Virus record (IMG/VR): IMGVR_UViG_3300021411_000011
Span: 1-47,251 of that record
From: a virus
Lineage: Duplodnaviria > Caudoviricetes
DNA: 47,251 nt
Direction: 5' to 3' (one strand)
Shown: in pieces, positions 34,466 through 44,848 of the stretch
Layout of the letters: every line of letters starts with the position of its first letter
Position numbering within the stretch: the first letter of the stretch is position 1
Notes under the pieces: model-generated
Databases searched by the model: none
What the model was told of the DNA's origin: nothing
The model's input: only the letters and a program-made list of their open reading frames with translations
Position numbers and translations under genes: made by a program

Positions 34466-34957
34466 TTACAGCCGCCCGCCTGCGCGGACCACTGTCGTTC
34501 GTGCCTCTTCGAGAACGCCGTTGATCTTGCGTTCGATGAGGTCTTTGTCTTCGATGATGGTTTCGCGGAACCATGACCCGCCGGCCTGGTGAACCCACGG
34601 GTTGTGCCCGAACACCGGGTGGCGGAAGCCGTGGGCCCCGGAGTCTTCACCCCGGGGCAGCGCGGCTTGATCCGGCTCGGCCATCCTGGTGACGATGCGG
34701 ACAGCGGACCGGCGCCCAACGGACGCACGGACCGCCACACCGCGTGCCAGCCGCTGCCGTAGCCCGGAGTGCTGCCCGGACCTGGCAGGCAGCGACAGGG
34801 CCGCCTGGCGCACGTCCCGGAGTACTGGGGTCATGGCCTTGCGGAGTTCCCTGCGCAGCTTTCCCGGAAACGACGCGTCGATTTCGCGCAATGCGTCGGC
34901 GACGCGCCGGAACTCGGGACCGGCAACGATATTGAACCGCTCCCGGTTCTGTGCCAC
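34466..34957 (-). CDS. HK97 gp10-like neck/tail completion protein
   Basis: Basic protein in the tail module with FRHPVFG..WV.Q...WF. Confidence 0.7.
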   Translation of the reverse strand: MAQNRERFNIVAGPEFRRVADALREIDASFPGKLRRELRKAMTPVLRDVRQAALSLPARSGQHSGLRQRLARGVAVRASVGRRSAVRIVTRMAEPDQAALPRGEDSGAHGFRHPVFGHNPWVHQAGGSWFRETIIEDKDLIERKINGVLEEARTTVVRAGGRL

Positions 34958-34960
34958 GGC

Positions 34961-35386
34961 TTAGACCGTGGCCCGGGTGATGCCGGTGCGCTGCGTCGGA
35001 ATCTTGATCTTCGTCTCCGACAGGTCGCCAACCTTGCCGTCCAGAGGGGAGTACTCGAAGAGAACACCGGTCGCGGTGTACTTCGGGTTGGTGGACGACA
35101 CGGCCGCCGACGTGGGCCGCACCTCGATCGCGAACTCCGTCTCGTTGTTCTGAAGCGGATACAGCACCGAGTCCACGGCGGCGGCGGCGTAGTCCTGCTG
35201 AATGGACAGCTCGTACGAGTCGTCCTTCAGGCCGGCGATACGCTCACGGCCACCACCGGAGAAGGAGGTCGTCTCGATGTCGTCCTTCGACAGGTTAATG
35301 GTCACCTCCGTGATGTGGTCGGACAGGTTGGTTCCATTGATGACGATGTAGCAGTCGCGCAGAACGATCTTGCTCACGATGATCAC
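34961..35386 (-). CDS. Major tail (tube) protein
   Basis: INGTNLSDH...IETTSF...IAGLKD...VSSTNPKY pattern. Confidence 0.8.
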   Translation of the reverse strand: MIIVSKIVLRDCYIVINGTNLSDHITEVTINLSKDDIETTSFSGGGRERIAGLKDDSYELSIQQDYAAAAVDSVLYPLQNNETEFAIEVRPTSAAVSSTNPKYTATGVLFEYSPLDGKVGDLSETKIKIPTQRTGITRATV

Positions 35387-35631
35387 TTACCTTTCTTGAG
35401 CACGGTCGGCGTAGGCCGCTCCGGCTTCGGGGGTTCGGCCTTCGCCGGAGGGGGAACGGGAGCGCGCTTCACGGCACCCGACTGAAGAAGGGACAGTTCC
35501 TGATTGTCGGTCAGGGTCAGGGTGACCAGCTCGCCAACCGCCCCGTACACGCACCTGCCGGACAGGACAACGTACTCCCGCTCCGGAATCGGAACGGGAG
35601 TCTTCGGCGTTGCCGGGATCGCGTCGGTCAC
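35383..35631 (-). CDS. Hypothetical protein (tail region)
   Basis: GTGA overlaps on both sides. Confidence 0.6.
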   Translation of the reverse strand: MTDAIPATPKTPVPIPEREYVVLSGRCVYGAVGELVTLTLTDNQELSLLQSGAVKRAPVPPPAKAEPPKPERPTPTVLKKGK

Positions 35632-35975
35632 GAGTGTCGCACCACCGCAACAGTCAGGCCGGTGACGCCGCCGGTGCCGGTGATGTTGATCGTCGCCCGG
35701 CCGGTACCGTCAGCCGCGTCGAATTCCTTGCGGATCGGAATCCACTTCTCGCCGGTCGTGATCGGAATGGGGATGGCGGGGTCCGGGTTCGGCTCGCCGT
35801 ACGCGGTGTTGCCCAGGACGACGATGGTTGCGGTCTTGATGTTGGCGTCCGTGTTCTTGTACACCACGAACGTATCCTTGCCGTTGCCGACCTCAACCGT
35901 GTCGGATGCCGCAGCCGCCACGAACGTCGGGGCGGTGCCGGCGGACACGAGAAGCTGTGTAGTCAGTGCTGCCAT
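35628..35975 (-). CDS. Virion structural protein (beta-rich)
   Basis: RBS AAGGAG. MAALTTQ...NGKDTFVVYKN. Confidence 0.7.
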   Translation of the reverse strand: MAALTTQLLVSAGTAPTFVAAAASDTVEVGNGKDTFVVYKNTDANIKTATIVVLGNTAYGEPNPDPAIPIPITTGEKWIPIRKEFDAADGTGRATINITGTGGVTGLTVAVVRHS

Positions 35976-35995
35976 TGTGCTCAACTCCTTTGATG

Positions 35996-36415
35996 TCAGT
36001 CCACGTTCACACGAAGGTGAAGCTTGGCCCCGACGTAATTGGTTGGCCCGATGTCGAAGTGCCCGCCGTAGCCGGACATCTTCTCAACGAACACATTCAC
36101 ATCCGGCAGGCCCAAGTCGTAGTGCGTGAAGAAGAACTCACGCAACGACTTCGAACCCTTTCCGGTTACGTACTGGTTGAGGGTGTACTGCGCCGTGGTC
36201 GTGTCAGTTCGGGCAACGACCACATACATGCTGATGCGATAGGTGTCGCCACCCATCTTCATCGCAACCGCGAAGTCGCCGTTGTCAGGCTGGACGACTG
36301 CCGCAGGACTATTCACGATGTCCTCTTGATGCCCGTATACGTACAACTCCGCGAACGACACGTCAAGGACCGTCTTCACGGCCGTCACAATGTCCTCAAG
36401 GCTGCTGCTGCTCAT
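35996..36415 (-). CDS. Tail terminator-like protein
   Basis: ATGA-coupled to the adaptor. Size and position fit. Confidence 0.65.
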   Translation of the reverse strand: MSSSSLEDIVTAVKTVLDVSFAELYVYGHQEDIVNSPAAVVQPDNGDFAVAMKMGGDTYRISMYVVVARTDTTTAQYTLNQYVTGKGSKSLREFFFTHYDLGLPDVNVFVEKMSGYGGHFDIGPTNYVGAKLHLRVNVD

Positions 36416-37029
36416 GCGACCAGCAACCTTCCCCGCCGGTAAGACTTCAGCTTCGCGCACGCAATACCGGAGTCCTTCACGCGAATGACCTGCCCGAACG
36501 TATCCGAACCGGCCAACCCGAGGCGGGCGTCCTTCAGTTGGAACGCGTCGGCGGCCATGATCTTCGCGGCCTGCTTCACCGGGGCGGGCACCGCCGACCA
36601 CCCCCACTTGGCGGTGATCTGTACGTTGACCCTCCGGGAGTACCGGAAGTATTTCTGTCCAACGGCTTTCACGACGAAGTACGGCCACCCCTCCTGGCCA
36701 TACTGCACCTGATTCAGCGGGGACAGTTCGTAGTCCGCCGCATCCCAAGTCGTCTCGAACACCCCGTCATTGTCCTCATCCGTTTTCAGGATGAACCCGG
36801 TCGCCGACGAAACGTCATCCATGATGAGCGCATGCTGGTTGAGCGGGCTGAAGACGCGCGCCGTTGCTGTGGACGCCAGTTGAAACTGTCGCCCACAGTG
36901 CCGGTTGATCTCCTGAGTGACGGCGGCCACAACATCGTTGATTACACCGTCGTTCCCGTCGCCGGGCTTGTCGAGCTTCATATAACTGCGAAGCTCCGCG
37001 TTGGTGATGTACAGGTCTCCGAGTGCCAT
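36412..37029 (-). CDS. Head-tail adaptor (gp6/gp15-like)
   Basis: YITNAELRSY...INRHCGRQF...WGWSAVPAPVKQA. Confidence 0.85.
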   Translation of the reverse strand: MALGDLYITNAELRSYMKLDKPGDGNDGVINDVVAAVTQEINRHCGRQFQLASTATARVFSPLNQHALIMDDVSSATGFILKTDEDNDGVFETTWDAADYELSPLNQVQYGQEGWPYFVVKAVGQKYFRYSRRVNVQITAKWGWSAVPAPVKQAAKIMAADAFQLKDARLGLAGSDTFGQVIRVKDSGIACAKLKSYRRGRLLVA

Positions 37030-37050
37030 GGTCCGCCACCTCCCTTAGGG

Positions 37051-37497
37051 CTAGACCGACGCGGACAGTTCGACGTATTCAACGAACACCGAGAACCGGC
37101 CCGCCGTGAGTGCGGCCGTAGCGACGGTGGCCACGATGTGCCTGTCTGCCGTGAGAAGCGCCGAGACGGCGTTCGTAATGAGACCCTGCTTTACGCCCGT
37201 GGTCGCCAGTGACGGGGCGGTTGTGAGGTCGGTTGCGACGGCGCGCACGTCCACGGCGGTCTGAATGCCGAGAGACACCGTAGCGGCGCCACCGGAGGTC
37301 ACGGCCGTTTCGACCTTCACGTACGAGGACACGACGACCGCACCGGAAGGCAGGGCGTCACCGCGAAGGTTCTTCGCGCCAACCGCACCACCATCGGTGG
37401 CGAAGTCATAGAAGGCCCTGGCCCACTTGGTTCGGCCGACGTACGTACCGGAACCAACGACACCCGAAAGCCCGCGTCCCGACTGCTGATTTCCCAT
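37051..37497 (-). CDS. Capsid-associated / decoration-like protein
   Basis: Follows the capsid gene, RBS AAGGGAG. YDFATDGGAVG...LTAGRFSVFVEY. Confidence 0.65.
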   Translation of the reverse strand: MGNQQSGRGLSGVVGSGTYVGRTKWARAFYDFATDGGAVGAKNLRGDALPSGAVVVSSYVKVETAVTSGGAATVSLGIQTAVDVRAVATDLTTAPSLATTGVKQGLITNAVSALLTADRHIVATVATAALTAGRFSVFVEYVELSASV

Positions 37498-37534
37498 GAT
37501 GAAACTCCCTTTGGGTACTGCCCAATTGGGCATG

Positions 37535-37566
37535 AAAGTGGGGCCGCCCGGGTTGGACGGCCCCAC
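37535..37566 (-). terminator. Intrinsic terminator after the capsid gene
   Basis: GTGGGGCCGTCC-AACCC-GGGCGGCCCCAC-TTTC. Confidence 0.8.
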
Positions 37567-37574
37567 GGTTTGGC

Positions 37575-38825
37575 CTAGCTCAATCCTGTGACAACTCCAA
37601 AAGCCTTGGGGCGCACGTGGACCAGCACGACGCGCATGTCAGCTCGAACGGCCTGCTGACCATTGATGAACTGCGACGCGTGCGAGTTGGTGATCTGGAC
37701 GTCCAGACCGCGACGGACACCAAGGAAACCGTAGTTGGCGTAGTCGCCGGCGACGAGCTTGGTCGACGGGGCGGCCATGGTCTGGACGACCGGAACGCCC
37801 CAGAGGACGGACGGGGCGCCGGAGGTCGGGGAGCCGTAGATGTAGATGCCGTCCGCCGTCTTCAGGAGGGCAACGCCCTGCCAGTAGGTGGGGCGAACGA
37901 ATGCCACGGACGGCTCGGCGAAACCATCGGTGCGGATCGAGGTGAACAGCTTGTACGAGTCGTCCAGGAGGGAGAAGCCTGCACCGGCCGAGTTGCCCTG
38001 GCCTGCGGCCTGGGTCTGGATTCCGGAAACGGCCGTGGTGCCCAGGATCTGGGTGGGGGTGCCGGTGCCGGAGCCGATGAGGGCCTGAAGGTCAAGCTTC
38101 TGGCGGATCATGTTCGCCAGTCGGGCGTTCACGTACTCGGCGGCGGCAGGCTCATCCTCAAGCTGCTCGTCGGTCATCGAAAGCCAAACGGCGAGCTTCT
38201 GGACGGGCAGCGAACGCTCCGTCAGGGCGAGTGCGGCCTCGGCGTACAGGCCGGACTCGTCGGTTTCTGCGGCGGCGTTGGTGTACGTGGTCTCTTCCAT
38301 GTACTTGTACGACGCCTGATTGACGGTGATCGTCGGCAGGTGGTCAGTGACGGACGGGGCCGGGATCTGCGGCGACAGGGTCACGAGGCCGGAACGGGTG
38401 GACTCCGGGGGCCAACCACCGGTGGACGTGCCGGACCGGTTGAACACCTTCAGGTCGATGTCCAGGTGGGAGGTCTGGCCGCGCTCCTTGAACGCCTTCG
38501 ACTCGGTGAAGAGCTTTCCGAAGGACTTGAACTCCGGGCGGGCGCCCTGGTCGTCGTTGTCGGCACCGGACTGGCTACCTTCGGCGGAGAACTCGGCGGC
38601 ACGCTTGAGCTGGGTGTGCTTGTCGACTTCCTTCTTCAGGTCGGCAAGTTCCTCGTTGGCCTTGCGGATGTGGGAGAGCTTGTCGTCCTTGGAACCGGAC
38701 ACGGACTTGATCTTGTCCATGTCGTAGGTGCCGTTTTCGAGCTTGGCCTCACCCATGATCTTGGCGAGGTCGGCGCGCTTGGCGTCCAACTTGCCCTGGG
38801 CGTCCTTGAGAGCGGGGAATTCCAT
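37575..38825 (-). CDS. Major capsid protein, HK97 fold with delta domain
   Basis: Coiled-coil N-terminus, then KLAVW...EQLED...LLKTADGIY...LWGVPVV...RPKAF. RBS GAGGAG. Confidence 0.93.
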   Translation of the reverse strand: MEFPALKDAQGKLDAKRADLAKIMGEAKLENGTYDMDKIKSVSGSKDDKLSHIRKANEELADLKKEVDKHTQLKRAAEFSAEGSQSGADNDDQGARPEFKSFGKLFTESKAFKERGQTSHLDIDLKVFNRSGTSTGGWPPESTRSGLVTLSPQIPAPSVTDHLPTITVNQASYKYMEETTYTNAAAETDESGLYAEAALALTERSLPVQKLAVWLSMTDEQLEDEPAAAEYVNARLANMIRQKLDLQALIGSGTGTPTQILGTTAVSGIQTQAAGQGNSAGAGFSLLDDSYKLFTSIRTDGFAEPSVAFVRPTYWQGVALLKTADGIYIYGSPTSGAPSVLWGVPVVQTMAAPSTKLVAGDYANYGFLGVRRGLDVQITNSHASQFINGQQAVRADMRVVLVHVRPKAFGVVTGLS

Positions 38826-38829
38826 GGTC

Positions 38830-39555
38830 CTACTCCTCTTCATTCAGGTCGTCGGCGAGCATGCCCAGGAAGATGCTGTTCAGCTCATCCTGTGCTGCGT
38901 CACCCGTGTTGTCTTCCGTGGTGCTGGTGAGGGTTTTGAGCTGTGTCAGCAGCGCGTCGAGTTCTTCCAAACTCTTCACATTGACCTTCGACAGTTCGGA
39001 GCCCTTCTCGGCACGGAGGGCAACTACCCGTTCCGCGCTCTCTATTGCATCCTTCGCCGCAGCTACGGCGCCGGAGATTTCCTCGTTGAGGGTTTTGAAA
39101 CCCTTGGCCGAAGTGGTGTGGGTACCGATACCGGCACCCCGGAGAACCGGGGACACTTCGTGCACGGTCATCTTCTTCAGGAAGCGGACCGACTTACCTT
39201 CATGGTCGCCGTCTTCGGAATCGTCCACGTTGAACCCGTAGGACCATTCCCCCTTGGAGCCAAGGGCCTTGACGGTGTTGAACGTGTCACGGCCATGGGT
39301 GGTATCCATGAAGAAATGACCCTTCATGACTACCGTGTTGCCCACTTCGTGGATGGTGCCCATGCCGACCGGCAGGGCCCCCTCCCACGACTTGTGACCG
39401 TAGGCACTGATGACGCACTGGGCGCCCTCTTCGAACGCGCCGGCACGGGTCACGTCGTTGTCGTGGTCCTTGACGCCGAGCGTGGCGAAGACCGCTTCGA
39501 CTTCGCCCTTCGTTTCGTCTTTGATCTCCACGCGGGCGAGGCTCTTCTTATCCAT
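38830..39555 (-). CDS. HK97-family prohead protease
   Basis: D.DNDVTRAGAF, H, EWSYGF, EVSPVLRGA. Confidence 0.9.
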   Translation of the reverse strand: MDKKSLARVEIKDETKGEVEAVFATLGVKDHDNDVTRAGAFEEGAQCVISAYGHKSWEGALPVGMGTIHEVGNTVVMKGHFFMDTTHGRDTFNTVKALGSKGEWSYGFNVDDSEDGDHEGKSVRFLKKMTVHEVSPVLRGAGIGTHTTSAKGFKTLNEEISGAVAAAKDAIESAERVVALRAEKGSELSKVNVKSLEELDALLTQLKTLTSTTEDNTGDAAQDELNSIFLGMLADDLNEEE

Positions 39556-41221
39556 TGCTGCCCCCTCCCGGGGAGTTGCCCGGCGGTGTCGCCGGAGGTT
39601 TGACGGGCCCTGGCGGGGCCGTGGGCGGCCTGCCAGGCGGAGCCGGGGCCCCAGGTGCGGCAGGCGCCCCAGGGCTCCCAGGCGGCGGAATACGGAGCGG
39701 CTGACCTGAAGGCGACCAGCCGTCTGGGACCGGGTTCTTCTTCAGCTTCGTCACGTCGTTCTTGTCGACGGCCTCTACCGCGGACTCCTCCGTGAACCCT
39801 GCCGAGACGAACGCCTGGATGGCTTCACCCATCGTCTTGAGGATGCGGGCCTGCCCCTCCGTCTCCTCAATCTTGTTGTCCGGATCGACAGGGGGCTGCA
39901 TCTGGACGGACACAAGCCCCGTGTGCTTCCCGACCAACTTCCTCAGGTCGTTGGCCTCGACGGCGTCAACGCACGCATCGGGTTCGAACCCGGCCTTGAT
40001 CCCGGCGTCGACGGCGTTCATGTCGATACGCATGATCTCCGCACGGTCCCGCTGGTCTTCGCGCAGGAACGCGATACCCGATTCGTCCCACCAAAGTTCG
40101 GCGCCCTGCGGCACGTCCAGCAGGACGGCCAGGGACGCGACCGCGATACGCCACAACGGGCGAATCGTGCCATCGGCGAAGCGGCGCCGGTTTGCGGCCA
40201 TGTTGCCCGCGTTCAACGCCGAACCCTGCATCCCTTCGGAGAACCCCACCCATGAGGCGGGGACACCGGCGGCGGCGGCAATACGAGACTCGCCCTTGCC
40301 GACGATCGCAGAAAAGTCCATGGACTTGAAATCGTGCGACAGCGGGGTTACATCCGCACCGCCGGCGAGGTACAGGGTTTTGTACGCGTTCCACGCCCCA
40401 CGGTGGTCGGCGTCCATGAGCTTCACGAACTCATTGAAGTCGTCCGGTGACACGTCCTTGTCCATGGAGACAACCATGTTGGGAACGGCGGCGTTGTCGA
40501 AGAAGGCGCCCTTGTGCTTGGACGCGCCCAGGTCTGCGCCAATGTCCTTCAGTACCGGGGTTACCCATGACATGCCACGGAACCGGGCGATGGGGTCGGG
40601 CACCGGGGAGTAGTGGGCGACTTCGTCAACGGTCAACAGAGTTGAGTCGACGGTCACATCGTGGCCTATGGGCCGGTACAGGATGCCGGTGAGTTTCGCG
40701 TCGGCGGCCCGGATGTCGTTCGACTTCGACCCGATGATCATCGTCACCCAGTCGGGGCGCAGGCGAACGAGCCGTTCGCCTTCCTGGCCCTTCGCGGCGT
40801 TGCCCAACCGGCCGGCGTCGTCGCACCGGGTCCACCACGAGTTGCCGGCCAGAGAAGCATCCTGCTCCATATGGCCCAACAGTTCACCCGTGGTGCCACC
40901 GGGCCACGGCTTCTCCAGCAACCGCAGCGACGAATCACCGAACAGCTTGTGGTCCGTCACGTTGCGGTACTTGAACACCGCCTCGGAGAACACAAACTGT
41001 CGTGCCTGAATACACGCGTACACAGGGCCGGAGCGCTTGAAAATCCTCTGGACGTACGCCTCGAAGTTGTTCTCGATCTGCTCACGGTTACTCGTGTAAC
41101 CAGATCCGAACGTGCCGAAACGGTCCAGCGCCTCGGGCAGGTTGGTGGTGAAGTCGTTACCCTGGTCGCCATTCCAGCCACCGGACGACCAATTTTTCTT
41201 GAGCCAGCTTCGAATGCCCAT
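39548..41221 (-). CDS. Portal protein (HK97 family)
   Basis: VYAC...LAGN...LRPDWV...RGMSW...FFDNAAVP...IAAAAGVP. Confidence 0.93.
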   Translation of the reverse strand: MGIRSWLKKNWSSGGWNGDQGNDFTTNLPEALDRFGTFGSGYTSNREQIENNFEAYVQRIFKRSGPVYACIQARQFVFSEAVFKYRNVTDHKLFGDSSLRLLEKPWPGGTTGELLGHMEQDASLAGNSWWTRCDDAGRLGNAAKGQEGERLVRLRPDWVTMIIGSKSNDIRAADAKLTGILYRPIGHDVTVDSTLLTVDEVAHYSPVPDPIARFRGMSWVTPVLKDIGADLGASKHKGAFFDNAAVPNMVVSMDKDVSPDDFNEFVKLMDADHRGAWNAYKTLYLAGGADVTPLSHDFKSMDFSAIVGKGESRIAAAAGVPASWVGFSEGMQGSALNAGNMAANRRRFADGTIRPLWRIAVASLAVLLDVPQGAELWWDESGIAFLREDQRDRAEIMRIDMNAVDAGIKAGFEPDACVDAVEANDLRKLVGKHTGLVSVQMQPPVDPDNKIEETEGQARILKTMGEAIQAFVSAGFTEESAVEAVDKNDVTKLKKNPVPDGWSPSGQPLRIPPPGSPGAPAAPGAPAPPGRPPTAPPGPVKPPATPPGNSPGGGSNG

Positions 41222-41229
41222 GTCTCAAC

Positions 41230-42816
41230 TCACCTGCCCCACGCTGCCATTGGTTTCGGTCGCTTCTTCGTAACGGACTTCCTGTAACCCCAGAGGGCGT
41301 TCGTCGCGGACACCAGGGGACTGATGTCGGCGCCGTCCAAGTTCTTGTCCCACGCCCAGCGGTCTGACAGCTTCCGCTTCTCCGCGCCCGCGAGGGCCGT
41401 AGACAAGGGGGCCTGGCCGATGTGAAACAGGTCCGGGGGCGGCTGGTCGCTGTCGCGGACCGGCACCACGGAGGAATAGAACGCGCCGCACGCCTCGGCG
41501 TGCTCCCTGCCGTTCATCTGCAACACCTTCACCCCGGCGGCCTCAAGGTCGTCAATGAACTGACTTGCCTGCGTGCCGGCGTCGATGACAAACGTAGACC
41601 GCTTGTACCGTTCGTGAAGCTGAATGATGCGCGGCACAACCCACTTCGTTCCGGTGCGGTAGTCCGTGCGGTTGCGGGCTTGCGGGGCGTCGGGGTCGCC
41701 GGTGATCTCCACATGCACCCCGTCCTTGCCGTTCGACGCCGCGACGGTGATACACGAGTAGCGCATGTCCGGAGTGGTGTCGACGGCGAACACAAACGTC
41801 CCCGGCACGGGTGTCGACTGGTCATCCTGGCGGGACGCCCAGGCTTCCTTGGAAATGACTTTCCATGCTTCGCCGTCAACGGGCCAGTCTCCAACGGACA
41901 GGCGCTCGGCGTTGAAGATGTCCTCATCCTGGCCGCCGATGTCCGACAGGACGTTCTCGGCGTTGATCCGCACGCCCAGCCCTGGGTTTGCTTTCGCCCA
42001 CACCTGGGGGTCGTTGCGGTCGTCGTGCTCCTCACAGTCCTTCTCGCACATGTCCTTGCACAGGTCGGCGGACCACTCGGCGAAGAACAGCCGGCGGTCG
42101 GACCCCTTGAGGCCACGGGAGCGGACCCGGCCGAAGTGCTCGCTGTCGCGGTCGCCGGCGGAACCGGTGAACACGATCTGGGCGTCGGGGCGGGCCGATG
42201 TGGCGTTGACCATGGCCGCGACGGCTTCCGGTTTCAGCACCATCGCCTCGTCCATGACCAACTTGTCGATGGAGAAGCCACGGGCGGCGCCCTTGGTGCG
42301 GGTTTTGAACAGCAGGCGGGCGCCGGGCTGGCCGTTCCTGCCCTTCAGGTTGATCGATTCGTCACCGTGAGACCACTTGATGCCGCCCCTCGCCACTTCC
42401 GCTTTCAGCTCAGGGACGGAGGAGATCAGGGCTTCCATGCGCTGGAAATGCTCCCGGGAGGTGGCGAATTCGTGCGCCGAGTGAACGATGATCTTCGCGT
42501 CGAGCATGAACAGCCAAGCCAGCTCTACAGCTTCGAGAATGGCACCCTTGCCGTTCTGGCGGGCAACAACTATGCCCGACTCGTAGGCGGACGATTTTTG
42601 CATCGTCTTGCCGGAGAAGTCGTTGAGGTACGTCTCATCCCGCGTGCCGAGGATTCGATTGACGCACCACTGCTGCCAGTCATCCAGTCGCAGGCCGGCG
42701 ACCTCCGCCAGGGCGCCGGCTGCCGGTCCTACGGTCCCGCTTTCCATCGTCGGAAGATGAGACAGCCTCGGATTCTGATCCCCCACCAAGTCCATAAAGT
42801 CGTCTGACATCGGCAA
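41230..42816 (-). CDS. terL: Terminase large subunit
   Basis: VARQNGKG (Walker A), LVMDEA (Walker B), WAKANPGLG, ISPLVSAT. Confidence 0.95.
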   Translation of the reverse strand: MPMSDDFMDLVGDQNPRLSHLPTMESGTVGPAAGALAEVAGLRLDDWQQWCVNRILGTRDETYLNDFSGKTMQKSSAYESGIVVARQNGKGAILEAVELAWLFMLDAKIIVHSAHEFATSREHFQRMEALISSVPELKAEVARGGIKWSHGDESINLKGRNGQPGARLLFKTRTKGAARGFSIDKLVMDEAMVLKPEAVAAMVNATSARPDAQIVFTGSAGDRDSEHFGRVRSRGLKGSDRRLFFAEWSADLCKDMCEKDCEEHDDRNDPQVWAKANPGLGVRINAENVLSDIGGQDEDIFNAERLSVGDWPVDGEAWKVISKEAWASRQDDQSTPVPGTFVFAVDTTPDMRYSCITVAASNGKDGVHVEITGDPDAPQARNRTDYRTGTKWVVPRIIQLHERYKRSTFVIDAGTQASQFIDDLEAAGVKVLQMNGREHAEACGAFYSSVVPVRDSDQPPPDLFHIGQAPLSTALAGAEKRKLSDRWAWDKNLDGADISPLVSATNALWGYRKSVTKKRPKPMAAWGR

Positions 42817-43063
42817 GCCGGTTCACCTCCTCCCCACCCTTGGGCAGGCCCTCAAGCTCGTCCAGGACCGTTTGCAGACGTAGAATCAGCGACGCCTGAT
42901 CACCGGTACGCAACCGGGACGACAGGCACGACTTGCACAGTTGGCCGTCGAGTTGGCGGGTGATGTAGTCGCGGATCGCGATCAACTGCGAGGCCCGGTC
43001 GCCCTTTACGCCCTCTGACAGTTCGTTGACAATCTCGTAATCGTCAGGTATTTCGTCGGACAT
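42680..43063 (-). CDS. terS: Terminase small subunit (putative)
   Basis: Overlaps the terL 5' end. Helical, with actinophage-type LIAIRD...ASL..RL..VL.EL. Confidence 0.65.
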   Translation of the reverse strand: MSDEIPDDYEIVNELSEGVKGDRASQLIAIRDYITRQLDGQLCKSCLSSRLRTGDQASLILRLQTVLDELEGLPKGGEEVNRLADVRRLYGLGGGSESEAVSSSDDGKRDRRTGSRRPGGGRRPATG

Positions 43064-43535
43064 CCCAACTCCGTTTCTCGCGCGGCACCTTCATGGACCG
43101 CACGGAGTTCGATATGCGGAAATTCCGCCGCTCCTTCGGGACCTTCATGGTGCGGTTCGGCGGCGTCGAGTAGTAAATGCCCGCATCCCGGGCGGTGACC
43201 GTGATGTTGACCAACTCGGCGGACGCGCCGATAGCCACCGACGCGTCAAACGCGGTCACGGCACCCGGGGCGACCCCGGTATTCATCAGGTTCACGGTCG
43301 CATCGAACGCCGTCACGGTCACCGACGCGAGACCCGCGCCCGCCGTGGAGATCGGCGAGGAGTCGAACGCGGTGACGACAACGCCCGTTGCTGCTTCTAC
43401 GCCGAACGTTGAAAGAGGTGATGCGTCGTATGCGGTGACGGTGACGGTGATACCCGTATCGACAAGGGCAATTGAACCCCTACCGTCGATGTGGATGTAT
43501 GCCCGTACCGGGAAACTCCTACCTGCACGGGACAT
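43044..43535 (-). CDS. Virion fibre-like protein with VTAFDA repeats
   Basis: Five VT(A/V)..D(A/S)-type repeats, basic termini. Confidence 0.65.
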   Translation of the reverse strand: MSRAGRSFPVRAYIHIDGRGSIALVDTGITVTVTAYDASPLSTFGVEAATGVVVTAFDSSPISTAGAGLASVTVTAFDATVNLMNTGVAPGAVTAFDASVAIGASAELVNITVTARDAGIYYSTPPNRTMKVPKERRNFRISNSVRSMKVPREKRSWDVRRNT

Positions 43536-43543
43536 AACTCACC

Positions 43544-44023
43544 TCACACGGCCATAGTGAATATCCCGGACGCATTCCAAACCACGGTAAACGTACCAGC
43601 CGAAACAGTCTGCGGCCCGCCGAAGTAGTGGAACGAAATACCTTGCTTGGCAACCGTTCCGCCCGTGATCGCATTGTCGTAGATCAGACACCCGTACACG
43701 TTCGACAGGGACAGGGTGCCACCGCCGGCAAGGTCCGTGGCGTCAAACGTGCACGCCCCTGACACCGCCGTAGAGAACGTCTTACCCGACAGGGCCCGCC
43801 CGCCGGCAACCCAGTTGGTTGCGTCGGTCACCTCGTTCGCGACAGCCCACGCACCCGTGTTGTACCCGGTTGAGCCTACGGCAGCATCTTTGTCCGGGGT
43901 GCCCGAGTTGTTGTACAGGGCGACATTCAGTACGTCGGTCCCCATTCCGAGGAAGTTCGTGCCGGACTTCTGGAGCACCTGGGAGGGCCACTCCCGGAAC
44001 ATCTTCGACTGCGTAAAAGCCAT
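43544..44023 (-). CDS. Conserved-type virion structural protein
   Basis: VALY...NEV...AGG..L...FDA.D...FGG..T...GTFTVVW...GIF pattern seen in phage fibre modules. Confidence 0.7.
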   Translation of the reverse strand: MAFTQSKMFREWPSQVLQKSGTNFLGMGTDVLNVALYNNSGTPDKDAAVGSTGYNTGAWAVANEVTDATNWVAGGRALSGKTFSTAVSGACTFDATDLAGGGTLSLSNVYGCLIYDNAITGGTVAKQGISFHYFGGPQTVSAGTFTVVWNASGIFTMAV

Positions 44024-44024
44024 G

Positions 44025-44345
44025 TCAGCCCACCTCTCCCACTACCTGTACGAGCGGTGCGTACACCGCAATGTCGTTGGAACCATCCGCATGACGGGTC
44101 TCCACGGACATCACCGGCCGACCGTCGCCATCGACAGTGAGCCGTTCCTTATTGACGTAGTCCTCACGCTCATGCGTGACAACCTCACAGTCCGTTCCGG
44201 CGACGACCAGAGGGGCGGTGAGCCCGCGTAGGCCGGCGCACACATGGAACGGGGCCGCCGTCGCCGTACCCGCCCACGTGTGCGTACAGTTCGGGCACAC
44301 CCAGAGTCGGCGCAGTTGGTCGAAGATGTGCGGGCGGGCGCTCAC
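44025..44345 (-). CDS. Small Zn-binding protein
   Basis: GTGA overlap. WVCPNC...FHVC..LRGLTAPLV. Confidence 0.65.
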   Translation of the reverse strand: MSARPHIFDQLRRLWVCPNCTHTWAGTATAAPFHVCAGLRGLTAPLVVAGTDCEVVTHEREDYVNKERLTVDGDGRPVMSVETRHADGSNDIAVYAPLVQVVGEVG

Positions 44346-44845
44346 GCCTCTTCCCACACGATCCACGCCAGAGCGTTGACGGTCGCCGTGGTGGTGACCC
44401 TCATTTGCAGGAAGTTCTCCGCCGCAGCATTGCCCACGACAGGGAACTGACCCAACGGGTACTGCTGCACGAACAACTGGGGCACGTACAGGCCGGCGAG
44501 CCGGCGCAGTGTGGTGTTCGTGGTGATCGCACCGTTGCCGAAACCGGTCGTGGCACCCGAACCGGTGTACGTGAGCGATGACGCGCGGGCGTGGTTGTCG
44601 TTCAAGTGCTTCACGATGGTGTTCGTCAGGAACGATGTGGTTGTCGAGCCCGCATCGGTTGTCGCCAACTCGACCTGAGTCGGGGCGGAAGCATCCTGCG
44701 ACCAGCCCCATTCCGCGATTCGGATCTCCTGATTGTCGGGGATCTGAAGCTGTATGGCGATTTTCAGACCAGCCGCGTACGACTGGCCCGCCTGCTGCGT
44801 GGTCGTCGCGTCCAGGATGGCGTTATGTGCCATGTACAGTGTCAT
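44342..44845 (-). CDS. Virion structural-like protein (beta-sandwich)
   Basis: Thr/Ala-rich, ends WIVWEEA. RBS GAGGTGG. Confidence 0.65.
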   Translation of the reverse strand: MTLYMAHNAILDATTTQQAGQSYAAGLKIAIQLQIPDNQEIRIAEWGWSQDASAPTQVELATTDAGSTTTSFLTNTIVKHLNDNHARASSLTYTGSGATTGFGNGAITTNTTLRRLAGLYVPQLFVQQYPLGQFPVVGNAAAENFLQMRVTTTATVNALAWIVWEEA

Positions 44846-44848
44846 TTT